Assembly (NCBI GenBank): GCA_030265395.1
Contig: JARFYF010000053.1
Span: 24,213,876-24,277,875, forward strand
Length of the DNA: 64,000 nt
DNA from: Rhina ancylostomus
Lineage: Eukaryota
Direction of reading: 5' to 3'
Positions 1 to 54,439 of this stretch are shown one piece after another (position 1 is the stretch's first letter; every line of letters begins with the position of its first letter). The notes under the pieces are model-generated. The model was not told the origin of the DNA. It did not search any database and saw only the letters and a program-made list of their open reading frames with translations. The position numbers and the translations under genes are program-made.

Positions 1-158
1 TGTTGAGTATAAAGTGAGGGAGTTATGCTGCAGCTATAGAAAGCTTTAGACCACACTTGGAGTATTGTGTGTGGTTCTGGTCACCCCAATTTGGAAGGAT
101 GTGGAAACTGTGGAAAGGGTGCAGAAGAGGTTTACCAGGATGCTGCCTGGATTAGAGA
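1..158 (+). mobile_element. CR1-type LINE ORF2 3' fragment
   Basis: Decayed coding sequence for RPHLEYCV.FWSP...ERVQKRFTRMLPGLE. Confidence 0.8.
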
Positions 159-1904
159 GAATGAATATGCATATGTGCAGAAGTCAGAAGTCAGGAATGA
201 GCTGGACTGTAAAATGAACCATCAATGGTGTGTTACGGAGCATGCAATCTAGCTCAGTACTTTTTCTCCATAAAGTGGAGAAAATTCTTAATGTTAAGAC
301 ATGGAAGTTGTAAGAATTATAACATTTTCTGAAGATTTTGTGAAAATTTTCAACAATTGCTTTGTCTCCCAGGAGCTGAAAATTTGTTTGCAGCTGAAAG
401 TAAGCACACAGTGGGAAGGACATGAACCCTTAGCTCCTGTTCACGTGGAAACTAGAACAATATACAATCTTTACAGTCAATTCATAATAAATGAGTGTCA
501 AGGAATTCATCCCCAGTCAGTAGTGCTAAACACTATCACATCAGCCTTTACTATTATACTCTGTCTTTATTGACTACAATAGAACTTAGCACTGAGCTCA
601 GCAGTGGAGCAGTGACATGCTGAGAGGAGCCAGGTGCATTTCACATGTGGTCAGATCAATGATAGAGCTATCAACTGTTCTGACTCCACCAATCCCATTC
701 AAGGAGTTGTTCTTACAATAAAGTAGCACTGGATTAATTTTATTTCAGCACCTGGGCTTGTCATGGTTCTGAGTTCTGGGCCTCAATTTGGCTCCATTAA
801 TGCCTTGTTGTCCAGCACATGGATTCCATGCTGGNNNNNNNNNNNNNNNNNNNNNNNNNNNNNNNNNNNNNNNNNNNNNNNNNNNNNNNNNNNNNNNNNN
901 NNNNNNNNNNNNNNNNNNNNNNNNNNNNNNNNNNAACATTGTGACATGGCTCTATTGTGTCTGTTTTATTCCCAAGGTCCAATTTCTAACCTATCTAAAG
1001 TAAAATTCCCTAAGCTAAAAGAAAATGGCTGGGTTTCTTTCCCCCTTATGTCAGCAAAATACTCTTGAGACTGGTGTGTATAATCCCTGATACATGATAG
1101 ATACACAATAGAATCATGTTTAAATATCCAAATCCAATTCCATAATTCAATAAATATCATGAAATCAAAAAATAAATTAATACAATAGTCTGTACAAATA
1201 AAGACTCAGCAAAGCACATTGTATGAACAGTAACAATAATATTAAGGGTTTTATACAATTGGGAAGTATATATTATAAAATAATAAAACATGTCATATTC
1301 TCCTGCTAATACTTTTAATTGTAAAAAAAATCCACAGAAGTTATGTTTGTGATATTCATCAGTGTAACTGTTAATCTAAAAATTGTATACTGATTTTGTT
1401 CCTCGATTAAAAATGGTTACTGCAAAAATCTAATTTTATATGAACCATTCCTTCTGATAATTTGTTATAGATTTAGTATTCAATATTTTAGAGGGTTCGG
1501 AGAGAATTAACCCTTTTTTTATAATTCTAGATATGGAGTTAAAATTGAAACCAGAGAAAGATGTACTTTGCCACTCATTCATTCTGCGTCAGCACTAAGT
1601 GATCCATAATAGTTGCTGCAGTTGCTATTTACGAGTAAATCTACAACTACTGGAATTAGAGAAAACATTCTGGTGTAGAGGTTACAGCTGTATAGAAGGA
1701 CAATGATTATAATTTGGATTTACATTCCAGTTTTCATACTGGAATCACCATGTTCATGGATTCAAAAACTGTAACCAGCCATTTATATGGTGAAACAAAT
1801 TGTGTGCATGTAACTTTCCTTTTCTGATGTATTTAGATGCATTTTACTACGTCATAACTGATTGCTTTTGGTTTAACGATTTGTGCATTTTGTACAGGTA
1901 TGAA

Positions 1905-2378
1905 TGACTTGCATTTCTATTGTACTTTTCAAATCCCTTTCAGGACGTCCCAAAGTACAACACAGCCAATGAATGTCTTTTGAAGTTGAGACACTACTGT
2001 TATGTAGGAAACCTGGCAACAAATTCATGCACAATGAGCTCCCACAGCCTGAAAAATGTTAATATCCAGGTAAATAGCATAGATTCATCCTTGATTGAAA
2101 CACTGTCCATTGTCGTCACACCAGATTTCAGTTTCAGTGCCTTATGTGGAACTTAATTTGGAAGCAAAGTGCAACAATACTTCAGGTTGTACCCATGCAA
2201 CTAAGGACAATTTTATTTCCTTTGGTTTCAGTAGTGCATAATGGGGGATAAATTTTGGGTAGGACCTTGGGGATAATTTGCCACGGGATCTGATCTTTTA
2301 CGTTTACCTATGAAAGCAAATGGCTTCACTACTTAACATCATGACCAGGAGGCAAGAACTGTACAGCACTCCCTCTGT
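1905..2378 (-). mobile_element. Deu-domain SINE (SacSINE1-like), degenerate
   Basis: caggacgtcccaaag..cagccaatgaa..gtaggaaac and gccacgggatc..ttttacgt..cagcactccctc blocks; a + strand piece lies at about 9860-9915. Confidence 0.55.
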
Positions 2379-3775
2379 TCAATGGATTTTGTTCTTTTGA
2401 ACAAACAAATTTGAAAAAAACTGGGGCAGTATATGTCAAGACTGAGGGTGTCGAGAGAGGGACAGACAGAAAGTAATCACCATCCACCAATAGCTGGAAG
2501 AAATGTGATAACCTATTGCTTCATACCTCTGACAGATTTGTTGGCAAGGTCCATGAAACACTGGTGTTTACTGCAGACTAAAATATGAAACTCTCAGGGA
2601 TAAAGCACATTCATCTACTAAGGTTCGAGCTGAGCACTTCATATGGAAAAGTATGTACAAGATTATTAATGTATAATGTATTTATGTCTTTCAAACATCT
2701 GTGGCAAAGTAAAAAAGCTGTGATGTCAAGAGGTAACTTGTGGTTTGTGATAGTCATATTTATTTTTCAGTTTCATTGTAGATCTTGGAAGGTCTATTTA
2801 GTGGTTTGCTTTAACAAGTAGTTGTTTTGGATAATGTGAATGTCCTTTCGCTATAAAAGATAATTGATATTGGTATTATAGTACAGATAATGTGCTTTTC
2901 TGAGATGGAACAGAATATGAGCTTGTGTGAGAAATGGGAAAACATTCATAAAGTGGGTAACTACTGTAAGCTACATTTAAAGTATTTCATTTGTGCAAAA
3001 TCTTAGAAGTGCATTGCCGAAAAGGCACAGTTAAAATTAAAAGCTAAACTGCCATTATTCAACTTACTTNNNNNNNNNNACATGTAATAACATAAGGAAC
3101 TTTGATAATGAACAAATAAGCATGATGGAGTATAGTTTCTGTCTTTGGCACATCCAGCAATCCAGGTAGAAATTGCACCGAGAGTACCTCTAGCTTTGAG
3201 AACTGATTTTATTGTTCCCTCTAGAAACCGCTCAGATTTATTTCTGTATTAACAAAGTCAAAACTGGTTCTGATTGGGCAGCATGTTATATGCAATTTTT
3301 TTTCAAAAATTACTTTAACAATGAGCTCTATTAGTTTTAAAAATAAAAATGGCAGAGTTTGATTAATACAGTGGAATTTTTTTAAAGGAAGTACTTTAAT
3401 GGCAGTCTGGAACACTATGAGTCACCTGATTTTAAACAACTAAAAATTACCTCGGAGATCTATATTGAACCTTTTGTCAGTTACTTTATGCATACTAGCC
3501 AATTTCTGAAGAAGCCTTTAAAAAATTTGCACTTGCGTTCCACAGTATTACCATGATTTTGTCTGATATAGGTGAATTACACTAACGAATATAAATGACC
3601 AGAAATTTCAATATATCAATATTGTTAAATATAAACTGGACCAAGTAAACCAAGAACGTATGTTAATATCAGGTTATTTTATTGAAAAATATATTGAAAG
3701 TGACAATATCTGGGTCAGACTATTGAGAAACTGCTCAATGCAGTCTCTGAGAGACCTCTTCAAGATATCATCTTA

Positions 3776-4272
3776 CAGGCCATCCCTGGGTTACAAACAG
3801 GTTCTGTTCATATAGGCATCCATAAGTCAATTTTGTCCATAAGATAGAAAATAAATAAAATCACTTGATATGGTACCATACATATCATTTATGAGGGACA
3901 ATTAAAATGGACATTTATTTAATGTCTTCCCCTTCTACTTATAATGGCACAGGATCAACATATCCCATTCTTAGTGGCTGGTTTCGATGGGATTGAAGTA
4001 TCAGTGCAGGTTACATTGTTTAATAGATACTATTGCAAAGTATCAACAGAAACAATTGCTTGTCAGTTTCCAAAACAACTCTCTTAAGTGGCCTCTCACA
4101 ATGAAACAGGCAGCCCATCTTATTAAGAAACAATTTTGTCTGATTAATTCCAGGGAGTTACATGTAAACGTTTTTTTTTCAAGACTGGTTGCATTTGAAT
4201 TTATTCATACTTACAGGAGCTCGCTAGTATGGGTGTCCATAAATCGGCCGTTCATAATCCAGGAAGATCCTG
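3776..4272. mobile_element. Tigger/pogo-like non-autonomous DNA transposon (MITE) remnant
   Basis: Imperfect terminal inverted repeats ta|caggccatccctgggttacaaac ... gttcataatccaggaagatcctg|ca. Confidence 0.5.
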
Positions 4273-5554
4273 CATACTTATTTTACAAATTTGACCAGCT
4301 GTGATATGACTTTATATTTTTCAGACCAGTGCTTCACTCTCTCAGATTCCAAGCCATTACTCTTGTTTTAAGTGGTTGTTCTTTTGGAGTGCATTACAGC
4401 TGGCAAACACTGATCTTAATCAGTAACCTCCAGTACATGTTTTATGCCGTGCTCCTAATGAGTGATTTACCATAATCACTAGCTGGCAAGTAGAGACAAA
4501 AGTCTGTGATTATGCAATAAATTAATCTCAGGAAGAAAATACAATTTTATATGCATGATAAAGCAATGGGTAACTATGGTAATTGAAAAATAGAACTGCA
4601 AATGCTGGAAACCTGAAATTAAAAAAAAACAAATATGTTGGAAATACTCAGCAGGTCAGGCAACATCAATGTAAAGAAATACCATTTTAGATTGAAGACC
4701 CTTCCTCTGGCTTCAATTTTAGCCATGAACAATGTGTACTCCTGTTGGGAAGTTGTTAAATTCTCATTTGGGTCAACAGATTTCTAGATATTAAAAGATA
4801 CAAGGGATGGGAGAATAGTTCAGGGAAATGGTGCTGAAGTAGAATGTTGCCAGGATTTTGTTAAATAGCAGAGACTGGAGAGGCTGAACGTCCTCAATCT
4901 GCTCCTGCCTCTTGTATCCTTTTCACTGTTCAGTAAATACACAATTTTGTAAAAGTTTTGGTAAAGAAATTTGAATTTAAGAAAACATCGGTAGGTATTG
5001 TGCTGGTAATGTAGGTTCCACCGCTTTTAACTGATTTAACTATGTAGAAAAGTAAAGCTTCCATGCAGATCACATAAGTTAAAACAGGTTGGTGTTTTGT
5101 GTTTGGTTGCTGCCATCTAGTGGATTTTGTCCTTATTCAGTTCATATTATAAATTGAACCAATATTACTGAGCTGAATTTGACGAAGTGGGTAAATGTTT
5201 TATCTGGTTTCTGTTACTAGGACACATCCTCAAATAGAAAAGGACAGTATTAAACTAAGTTAAGTGTACAAGGTGTCAGGGGCATTGACCTTCAGAAATT
5301 ACAGAAAGTAATTGCAATTTGCAGTTTTATTACATCAAAAGATTCCTGTACAGGATAATAAGGTCTATTAACAATTTGTCTCTGAATACATACCTCCAAA
5401 CAACTGCCTTCACTTTAGGTCTCCACTATTGTACTGAAATAGTAGTCAGCACATGGTTAAAGAGCTTTTGTTGTATAAATGGCTTGCTATATTAATCTGA
5501 TGCAATCCACTTTAAGATTTCAAGATTAGATACATGATTAGTTAGATTAGCTGA

Positions 5555-5605
5555 GTAGATAGAGACACAAATAGAGAGACAGCTGGACAGATAGATAGAC
5601 AGATA
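5555..5605. repeat. Degenerate (AGAT/AGAC)n microsatellite
   Basis: agatagagacac..acagatagatagacagata. Confidence 0.5.
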
Positions 5606-5607
5606 AC

Positions 5608-5950
5608 AGTGGCAGCATAGTGGCTCATCTGCTGCTTCACAGCTCCAGTGACCCAAGTTCAATCTTGAACTCAACTGCTGTCTGTGTGCAGTTTGCTTGT
5701 TCTCTATATGTCTGTGAGAGTTTCCTCTGGGTGCTCCAGTTTCCTCTGACATCCCAAACACTTGCAGGTCAGGAGACTAATTAGCCTGTGTAAATTGCCC
5801 CTAGTTTGTAGGTGAGTGGTTGAACCTGGGGAGAGTTTAAGGAAATGTGGGGAGATTAGATTACAAGGAAAATTAGTGAGAAATGGACTTACTCAGTGAG
5901 CTAGCATAGACTTGATGGGCCAAAGAGTCTACCATCTATGTCATAAAGAA
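5608..5950 (+). mobile_element. tRNA-derived V-SINE (HE1-like)
   Basis: tRNA-like head with gttcaatc B-box, V-domain gtttcctctgggtgctccagtttcctc, LINE-like tail gatgggccaaag. Confidence 0.75.
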
Positions 5951-7596
5951 ATATTAAAATTGAAGGTAGGATCCTATTTTACTGCAGTTTTATTGCCTGC
6001 ATATCATCAGAAGATTCCTGTACAACATAATAAAATCTACTGACAATTTGCAATATTAAAATGGTTAGTATCCCAATGCTACTGAATGTTTTTATCATGC
6101 AGAAGAGTTTCTAGTCATCTGGACGAGTTGAACAAGCGTTCAAAATTATTCATGTATTCAGTTCCTTGATGTAAATTGAAACAGCAGATCACTGAATGTT
6201 GTGGTAATATGAACTTGTAGTTTGCAAGGTTTAAAATTGTACATTATTAAAAATGCTAAATACCTGCATTTTAAGTTCTTTTTTTATTGCTTTGATTGTT
6301 TCTAATTTGATACCTTTTATCTGACACAAAGATGATGGACTTAGTGGCCTTACTCTGCTACAAGATTTTCTTCAGTTAGGCCAATTACTCACACTGGAAA
6401 CAGATTATCTTCATGAACAGATACTTACAAAATAGTGGAGCAATTTACTAACATCATTACTCTTCAAAAACATGTTAAAATTCCCAATTACTCCCAACTA
6501 TTCATAACTTCAACATACCATGTAGATTTAAGTTATTATCTGTATTTCACCAAATTCAAATATGTCAATAAAAAATCTTTTAAGTGATATGTATTTTGGC
6601 ACATTTCAGTATCTTTTAATTTTACACTTGCAAATAAATTAACTTGGTTCATTTTGTATAAAAGTCATGTTGAAATGTTATATTTAGTACCCTCAAATTT
6701 TGGACCAAGGGTCTTGTGTTACTCTCCTGTTGCTTGAAAAGGATTATAAGTTTTACAAGCAGGTAAAATGAAAAGATTAGCCAAAGTATGCGTGTATCTC
6801 AGAAGCAGAGTAGGAAGATACCATAATGGGGAATAAACAAGTGCCGGGGCAAAGGCCTAAGCATTGTTGGAGTGGTTTCTCAGGCACACTTCACTCTTAC
6901 TCTGGGTCCCTAGTTAGTTCCAATCTGATTGGCAAGGTCGAAAACTACACAGGGCTTTGCAATTGTAAATCTATAAGGAATGTCCTTGAGCTGAACTGGA
7001 TGTCAAAACTGTCAAGAACTTGAATTGTCATAAATATCTCTGACATGTGAATGTCTTTGGTACAAGCAAAGATAGTGTAAAGCATGGTGATGCCACAAAG
7101 CTAGGTGGAAAAAGTAACTGAGAGGAAGACATAAAAAGGCTTCCGAAAGAATGTAAACTGGTGAAGTAGATTCTCAAGTCCATAATCTTTTCTCAATAAA
7201 GTTTCTTAATTCACATCCATCCTTTCTGTGTTCTAAATTTGTCACAATATTTAAGAGGGAATTAGATAAACAGAAAGAGAAATGAGTTTAAATAGCTCAA
7301 ACATGAACCTGGAAAGTGAATGAAGTTATTTCTTTGTGTAATGAAACTTCAGTCTTTTGATCTGTGATTGTTTATGGATTAAGGAAAACCCATCGTGATT
7401 CAAATACATTGAATGACCTGAAGTTCCTGCACTTGTAATCTAGATACAGAGTAAATTTGCCAGAAAATGTCATTTCAAGTATCCTTTCAATGATGTGGCA
7501 AGTGTTGATTACTGTCAGTCTGGCACTAAAAGTGATCCATTGCAAGACGAGTCTCTTTCATTATCATAGAAACAATGAGACAGGAGAAGGTCATTG

Positions 7597-7898
7597 GAAT
7601 TTAATATTAAGTATGATACAGAAAGAGAAATAGAAAGAGAAATAAAATGTGAATTTGAAGTGACGAATGATAACTGTCACAGCCATAATGTGCAGGTCTA
7701 TTGTATATCATGTAGCAGGTACATGTAGCATTAATCTCCCGTCTAATTTTGGTTAGCAGATTAATGCTACATATACCTGCTACATAATATATGATAGACC
7801 TGCACATTATGGCTGTGACAGTTATCATTCATCACTTCGAAATCACATTTTATTTCTCTTTCTATTTCTCTCTCTGTATCTTATTTAACATTAAATTC
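7597..7898. repeat. Long inverted repeat: 141-bp arms (7597-7737 and 7758-7898), 20-nt spacer
   Basis: Arm-to-arm comparison by eye gives about 11 mismatches and no indels. Confidence 0.95.
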
Positions 7899-8329
7899 AT
7901 CCTTCACCCTTAGTCATTGTGTGGCCAGTTTCATGATCCTTTGATCTAATTGGTTGAGAAGTTGCAGCCCTGTTTACACAGATCATTGGTTTATTCCAGA
8001 ATGTAGAATGATGTTTCTATCTTTCCCCTCCAGCAAATTCTAGTGGAAAATATTATGGCTGTTAAACAGACAAGCTTACTCCTAAAAGTTCAAATGTCCA
8101 GTTATACCTTTGATCCATTTTACATCAAAAATGTGCTAAAAGAATGTCTAAATTCTAATGCTTACCACATGTGTTCAAAGAGCATTATAGTTAAACAAAT
8201 CTTAGCACCCCAGACTAATATGCTCAGCAGTGATTACAAATTGCTGAATTTCAGGCAACCTTGAGGAAATAGTAATATGACAGACAAAATTCAACAGGTC
8301 TTGACTTTTTAAAATGCTGGTGTGGCCTC

Positions 8330-9120
8330 ATCCAGAATATTATGTTCAGTGCTGATAGCCTCATGAAAGGAAGAGTGCGGAATCATTGGAGAGAGTTCAG
8401 AGGAGCTTTCCAGGAATGGTTCCTGGGATGAAGGACTACAGTTACAAGGATAAATGGGAGAGGCTGGGACTTACTTTAGGTAAGGTTAAGAAAGATTTGA
8501 ATGTGCTATATAAAATAATGCAGATACTGGACTGAGTGGACAATAGAAAGTTGTTCCCATTGATGTAACAATTGAGGACTATGATCACAAGTAAAAAGAA
8601 ATAAGAGTATAACTTTTATGCAGCATTTGGTTGGAATCTGGATTGCACTGCTTACATCTGAGGTGAGGCAGCATCTATCATTAAGGACCCTCACCACTCA
8701 GGACATGCCCTCTTCACGTTACTGCCATTGGGGAGGTACAAGAACAAGAAAACTCACACTCAACAATTCAAAAACAGCTTCTTCCCCTCCACCATCAGAT
8801 TTCTGAATGGTCCATGAACACTACTTCATTATCCCTCTTTTGCACCATTTATTTATTTTAGTGACTTACAGTATGTTTTGCACTGTACTGGTGCCACAAA
8901 ACAAATTTTGCAACCTATGTCAGTGATAATAAACCTGATTCTGATTCCACAGTGACCTTTAAAAGGGAATTAAATAAATATATGATGAAAAAATATTTGC
9001 AAGGCCCTGAAGAAGGGTTCAGGGGAGCACTAGGCAATGGAACTAGTGAGCTGCTGTGGTAGAGCTGGCATGGACACTGCGTTGAATGACCTTCTCCTGT
9101 GCTGTAACCATTCTTTGATT
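8330..9120 (+). mobile_element. CR1-type LINE 3' fragment interrupted by a Rex1/Babar-like insertion
   Basis: ggagagagttcagaggagctttccaggaatggttcctggg ... gaatgaccttctcctgtgctgtaa. Confidence 0.65.
8665..8948 (+). mobile_element. Rex1/Babar-like LINE 3' end
   Basis: Decayed KDPHHSGHALFTLLP...FKNSFFPSTIRFLN and tail aataaacctgattctgattc; minus-strand tails at about 47914-48060 and 56205-56470. Confidence 0.65.
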
Positions 9121-10101
9121 CAATAATTTGTTCTACGATTCTTCTGTAATATAAATAGAAAACATTTCATTCATGAGGGACTGCTTGCAATTACTTCACT
9201 AAGGTCCTGGATGCATAAAGGTGTGGGTGTCATATGACCTCCAACAGGAAAACAGGGAACCTCTCAACCTTGCAAAATATGTTGTTCAATCAATAGGCAC
9301 ATAGCTCCTAAAATGAGTCATATAAGTATTTGTATTACCCAATGCACTACATATTAATGATTTCTGATATAACCTTAAAGTGTCATTCTCTGAGATTAAA
9401 TTAAAATGGATCACTGTTTGTATTGAAGATATCAGTGTTTTGATAATTGTGCATTAAGAACAAGGATTTCCCTTTGTTCAAAACATCAGTCCTCTTAGTG
9501 GTGCTTATACTCAAAGAATGTTCTGTTACTCTTACAACTTCCATGTCTTAACATTAAGAATAAATGTCAACAGTAACAATGAGGAAGTTATCTGACATGT
9601 CTCGTTTGAGAACAGGCCCATGAATTGTAATCCCAACTTTCAGTCCTGGCCCAGTATAAGTAAGAAGTGGAGAGGACTGAGAACAACAAAGTTTAAAAAG
9701 ATGTTAAGCAGATTTGGTGGTTTTGCACCTGTGACAATGACTGGCATATGATTGCAAAAGAGTTTGCCATTGCTCAGTTGGTAACACTCCTCCCACACCC
9801 ACCCCACCCCACCCCCCCGACTCAATCCCATTCCAGAACATAGAAATCTTGCCAAAACTCAGTGCAATGATGAGAGAGTGTAGCATTGTTGGAGAGGTGC
9901 TGTCCTTCAAATACTTAAGTGTATGTGCAATTATCGAAACAATAACATTCTTCAATGCAAACACAGTGATCCATTTAAAATTATTCTTCAAGGCTTTATC
10001 GGAAATAGTTTCATAAAATCTGATAGTAAATATATTACTTTCTTTCAATTAACAGCTTTGAACTATAATCTTTTGAGGAAGTTGAAAACGAGAGACAAAC
10101 C

Positions 10102-51214
<41,113 letters not shown>

Positions 51215-51499
51215 AGCAGCTTTGCAGAGAGCTTTGATGTTTTTAAAAAGGCTAACTGGATGGAAAAGACATTAGGCCACATCATTACCACAGGTCATTT
51301 CTGAGTATTATATAACAGTATGACAAATTGTGAGTTGTTCATCAATTCAACTGCAAAAAGCATAAAGAAATAAGCAAGAAATAAATTGCACTGGAAGAAT
51401 TGTAAAATGTGCATTCAAGATAAGCACAAAACTTTGTTTTACACTTTGTTGTGTCATCTTTTGACTAATGATTATTTTGTCAAAGTTGTTCTTTATTCC

Positions 51500-51546
51500 A
51501 ATAAACAATATTTCATTTTCAGTAGTATTAAGATAGCAAAAATAAA
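51500..51546 (+). terminator. Candidate IGFN1 polyadenylation signals (AATAAA at 51500 and 51541)
   Basis: Hexamers about 300 nt after the predicted stop; which one is used cannot be determined. Confidence 0.35.
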
Positions 51547-52364
51547 TTCTGTTATTAGTCACCAATGTTTCCTTCAAGCTGTGCACTGCCAATTCCATGA
51601 TTGTGTTTCTTCAAACCAGAGATATATGCAGACCTACACTTGAGAATACTTTATTATACTTTGCTGCATTAAATAGTGAAGCTTAGTATATTTAATGGTT
51701 ATAAAGCTAGAAGTGTGTTCACCTTTGTTCATAAAACGAGCCATTTCATTTCACCATGTCACAAGGCTGAAAAGAAGGCAGTTCCTGTTAATTGGACTGT
51801 GTTGCGCTACTGATATTGTCCTTGCTTGTGAGAAAAGAACAAATTTAAATACAAATGTGCAAAATAGTTAAAACTTATTCAGACTTCATGAAAATATGCT
51901 TTTATGTTGTTTATTGTGGTGTGCAAATTGTTCTAAGTTAAATCTTCCAAGAGTGATCATTATTGCTAGAAATATTATTTTCACATGAATTTAAATTCTG
52001 CTGTTACACTTCAAGTTTAAAGTTCTGTTTATGTTCTTAATTTCTCTTTGCTGAATCATAGAAATAAAACATTTCAACCTGCAATGTTGATATTCATGAC
52101 CCATACAATACTTTAATTTTGTATTACATTTTTCTAGTATTAGTAGTTTTGTGTTAAGATGACCCAGGTAACCTGTTTATTTTCTTTAGTTTCCATTAAT
52201 ATTCTATACAAGTGCTGTTATAACGTGATGTTATAGTCAGAGTGACTTGTATTTGGTGTGTGCCAGATGCAAGGCATGTTTATGGTTACAAATAACTCAA
52301 AGTTAGAGGTCAAAATTTCTAAAAATAATCAATAACTCTGAAGTGGAATAGGAATAAATAGACA

Positions 52365-54270
52365 CCGAAGCAGGAATAGACCATTCAGCCTGTTCTGCAT
52401 GTTTTCCATTTGATAAGATTACAGCTGATTTCTTATTTCAGTGCCATTTTCCTGTGCTTACCCCATATCCCTTGATTCCATTCATTTCCAAAACTCCATC
52501 CAACTCAATATTGAATATACTCAACAACAGGCTTCATAGCTGTTACAGGTGGAAAATCCCAAAGATTCATGATTTGTTGAGTGATTTTTTTTTTCACATC
52601 TGCCAAATATTGCTGACTTTGAGAATGTGACACCTGGTTCTAGATAACTTAGCCAGGGGAAACAACATCTCTGCATCCATCCCATTGAGCCATGTAAGAA
52701 CTTCATTTGTTTCAGTGAGATTGTCTCTCATTCGTCTAAACCCTGGAGAGTATAGACCCAGTCTGTTTAACCTTACAGGACAATCCTGCCCACCATTCTA
52801 AGAATCAATCTGCTTATCCTTCAGTATGCTCCCTCTGCTGCAACTGTATAATTCTATGAGTAGGGAGAACAGACCTGCACACAATATTGCAGGTACTCTA
52901 TCTAATTGCAGTCGGACATATTGGAAGAGGATTTGAGCACAAGAATAAATAAAGGCCGAATGCCATTTGTGTTTCCAATTGCTTATTTACCTGCATGCTA
53001 ATTTTCAGTGATTTGTGTACAAGGACGCCAACATCTCCCTTTGCAGTAACACTTTTCAATCCCTCACCATTGAAAAATCAAATTTCTATTTTTTCCATCA
53101 AAGTAAATAACATTTTCTCACATGATATTCCAGCTTTCATGTCCTCAAGCATTCACAGCCCATCTCTAACCCTTTGAAGCCTCTCTGGATCCTCCTCACA
53201 TCCCATGTTGCCACCCAAATTTGTATCATCAGTAAACTTGGAGATACTTTGCAAAAGGCAAAGACAACCTGCAGCTGCTGGAAGTCTGAAATTAAAACAG
53301 AAAGAGCCAGAGATACTCAGCAGGTCTGTAGACACAGAAGCAAGAGTTAATGTTTCAAGTTAACAACCTTTCATCAGAACCCTTTTGTTCCCTAACCTAC
53401 TGAGTATATATACCATTTTCTCTTTCTACTTCTGATATATTACACATGGTCCTCTTGAGGACTGGACTTAACTGAGTTGTTTGATGAAGTGATCAAGAAG
53501 GTCGATAAGGGTAAGGTGGTAGATGTAGTCTACAGTTAAGGCCTTTAATAGGGTTCCACTTCATTTAAATAAATGTTTGCTTTATGATTTTACCTTCCAA
53601 AGTGGATAAACTCACATCTTGCCACATTATATTCCACATGTCAACTTCTTGCCTGTTCACTTAACATGTCTATATTTATTTGCAAGCTCTTTGCATCACA
53701 ACTTGCTAACTCACCTATTTATGTTGGAATGTTGGGTTAAATTTCTGGTTTTCCAACCCCTCTGAACGTCTCCAGAATCTAATTAATTTTGGCAGAGTAC
53801 AACCAATGCATTTACTATCCCTGCAGCTAATGAAGACCCTAGCGTGCAGCCCACCAGAGCCAAGGGATCTCAGACAATAGTAGTTTGGCCTGTACTTCTC
53901 TACCGTTAGAGGTTGCTTTAAATTTCTATTCCCTATTAATCTCCTTGATTATCTATTACTTGGATGTTTATAATGAAGAACAAAACAAAATAATTACTTA
54001 GAATCTCTGCCATTTCTCCATTCACTATTATTAATTCCCAGTCTCATCCTCTAAGAAATTAACTTTAGTTAATCTCGTCCTTTTTACCTACTCTGGAAGC
54101 GCTTCCTGCTTGTTTTTATATTGTTAGTTTAGTCTCACACACTTGTTTTCCCAGCTATATTGGTTTCTTTCAGTCCTCCTTTGCAGATTACTAAAATCGT
54201 CCCACTCCTCTGGCCTACCCCTGCTCTTCACAGAATTTTGCCTTTTCTTTCCATGTAACACCATTCTCGC
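52365..54270 (-). mobile_element. Degenerate CR1-type LINE(s) with a nested Penelope hairpin (53252-53435)
   Basis: ORF track SISKFTDDTNLGGNMGCEEDPERLQR at 53153..53335. Confidence 0.75.
53342..53384 (-). ncRNA. Minimal type I hammerhead ribozyme motif with an intact CUGAUGA/GAAA core
   Basis: AAGGGUU-CUGAUGA-AAGGUUGUUAACUU-GAAAC-AUU-AACUCUU: 7-bp stem I, stem II, NUH triplet. Confidence 0.62.
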
Positions 54271-54439
54271 GTGTTGATTCCTTCAGCACACAGGCTGCGT
54301 TGGCAATTTTGCATTTTACATTGATTTAATTCTATTTTACTCATTGTTTCCGCCGTGATTTCAACCTGGTTTCAGCAAGAATCGTATAAGAGTTAAAACA
54401 CATGTGGAGAACGTTCTGATTTTTATTATTTGTAGCGTC

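Noticed and set aside
1779-1790. CCATTTATATGG as a CArG box
   Set aside because: It has eight A/T bases between CC and GG rather than six
5608-5690. tRNA genes at SINE heads (also about 25490-25560 and 34835-34900)
   Set aside because: The B-box-like sequence runs directly into the V-SINE body and there is no complete cloverleaf
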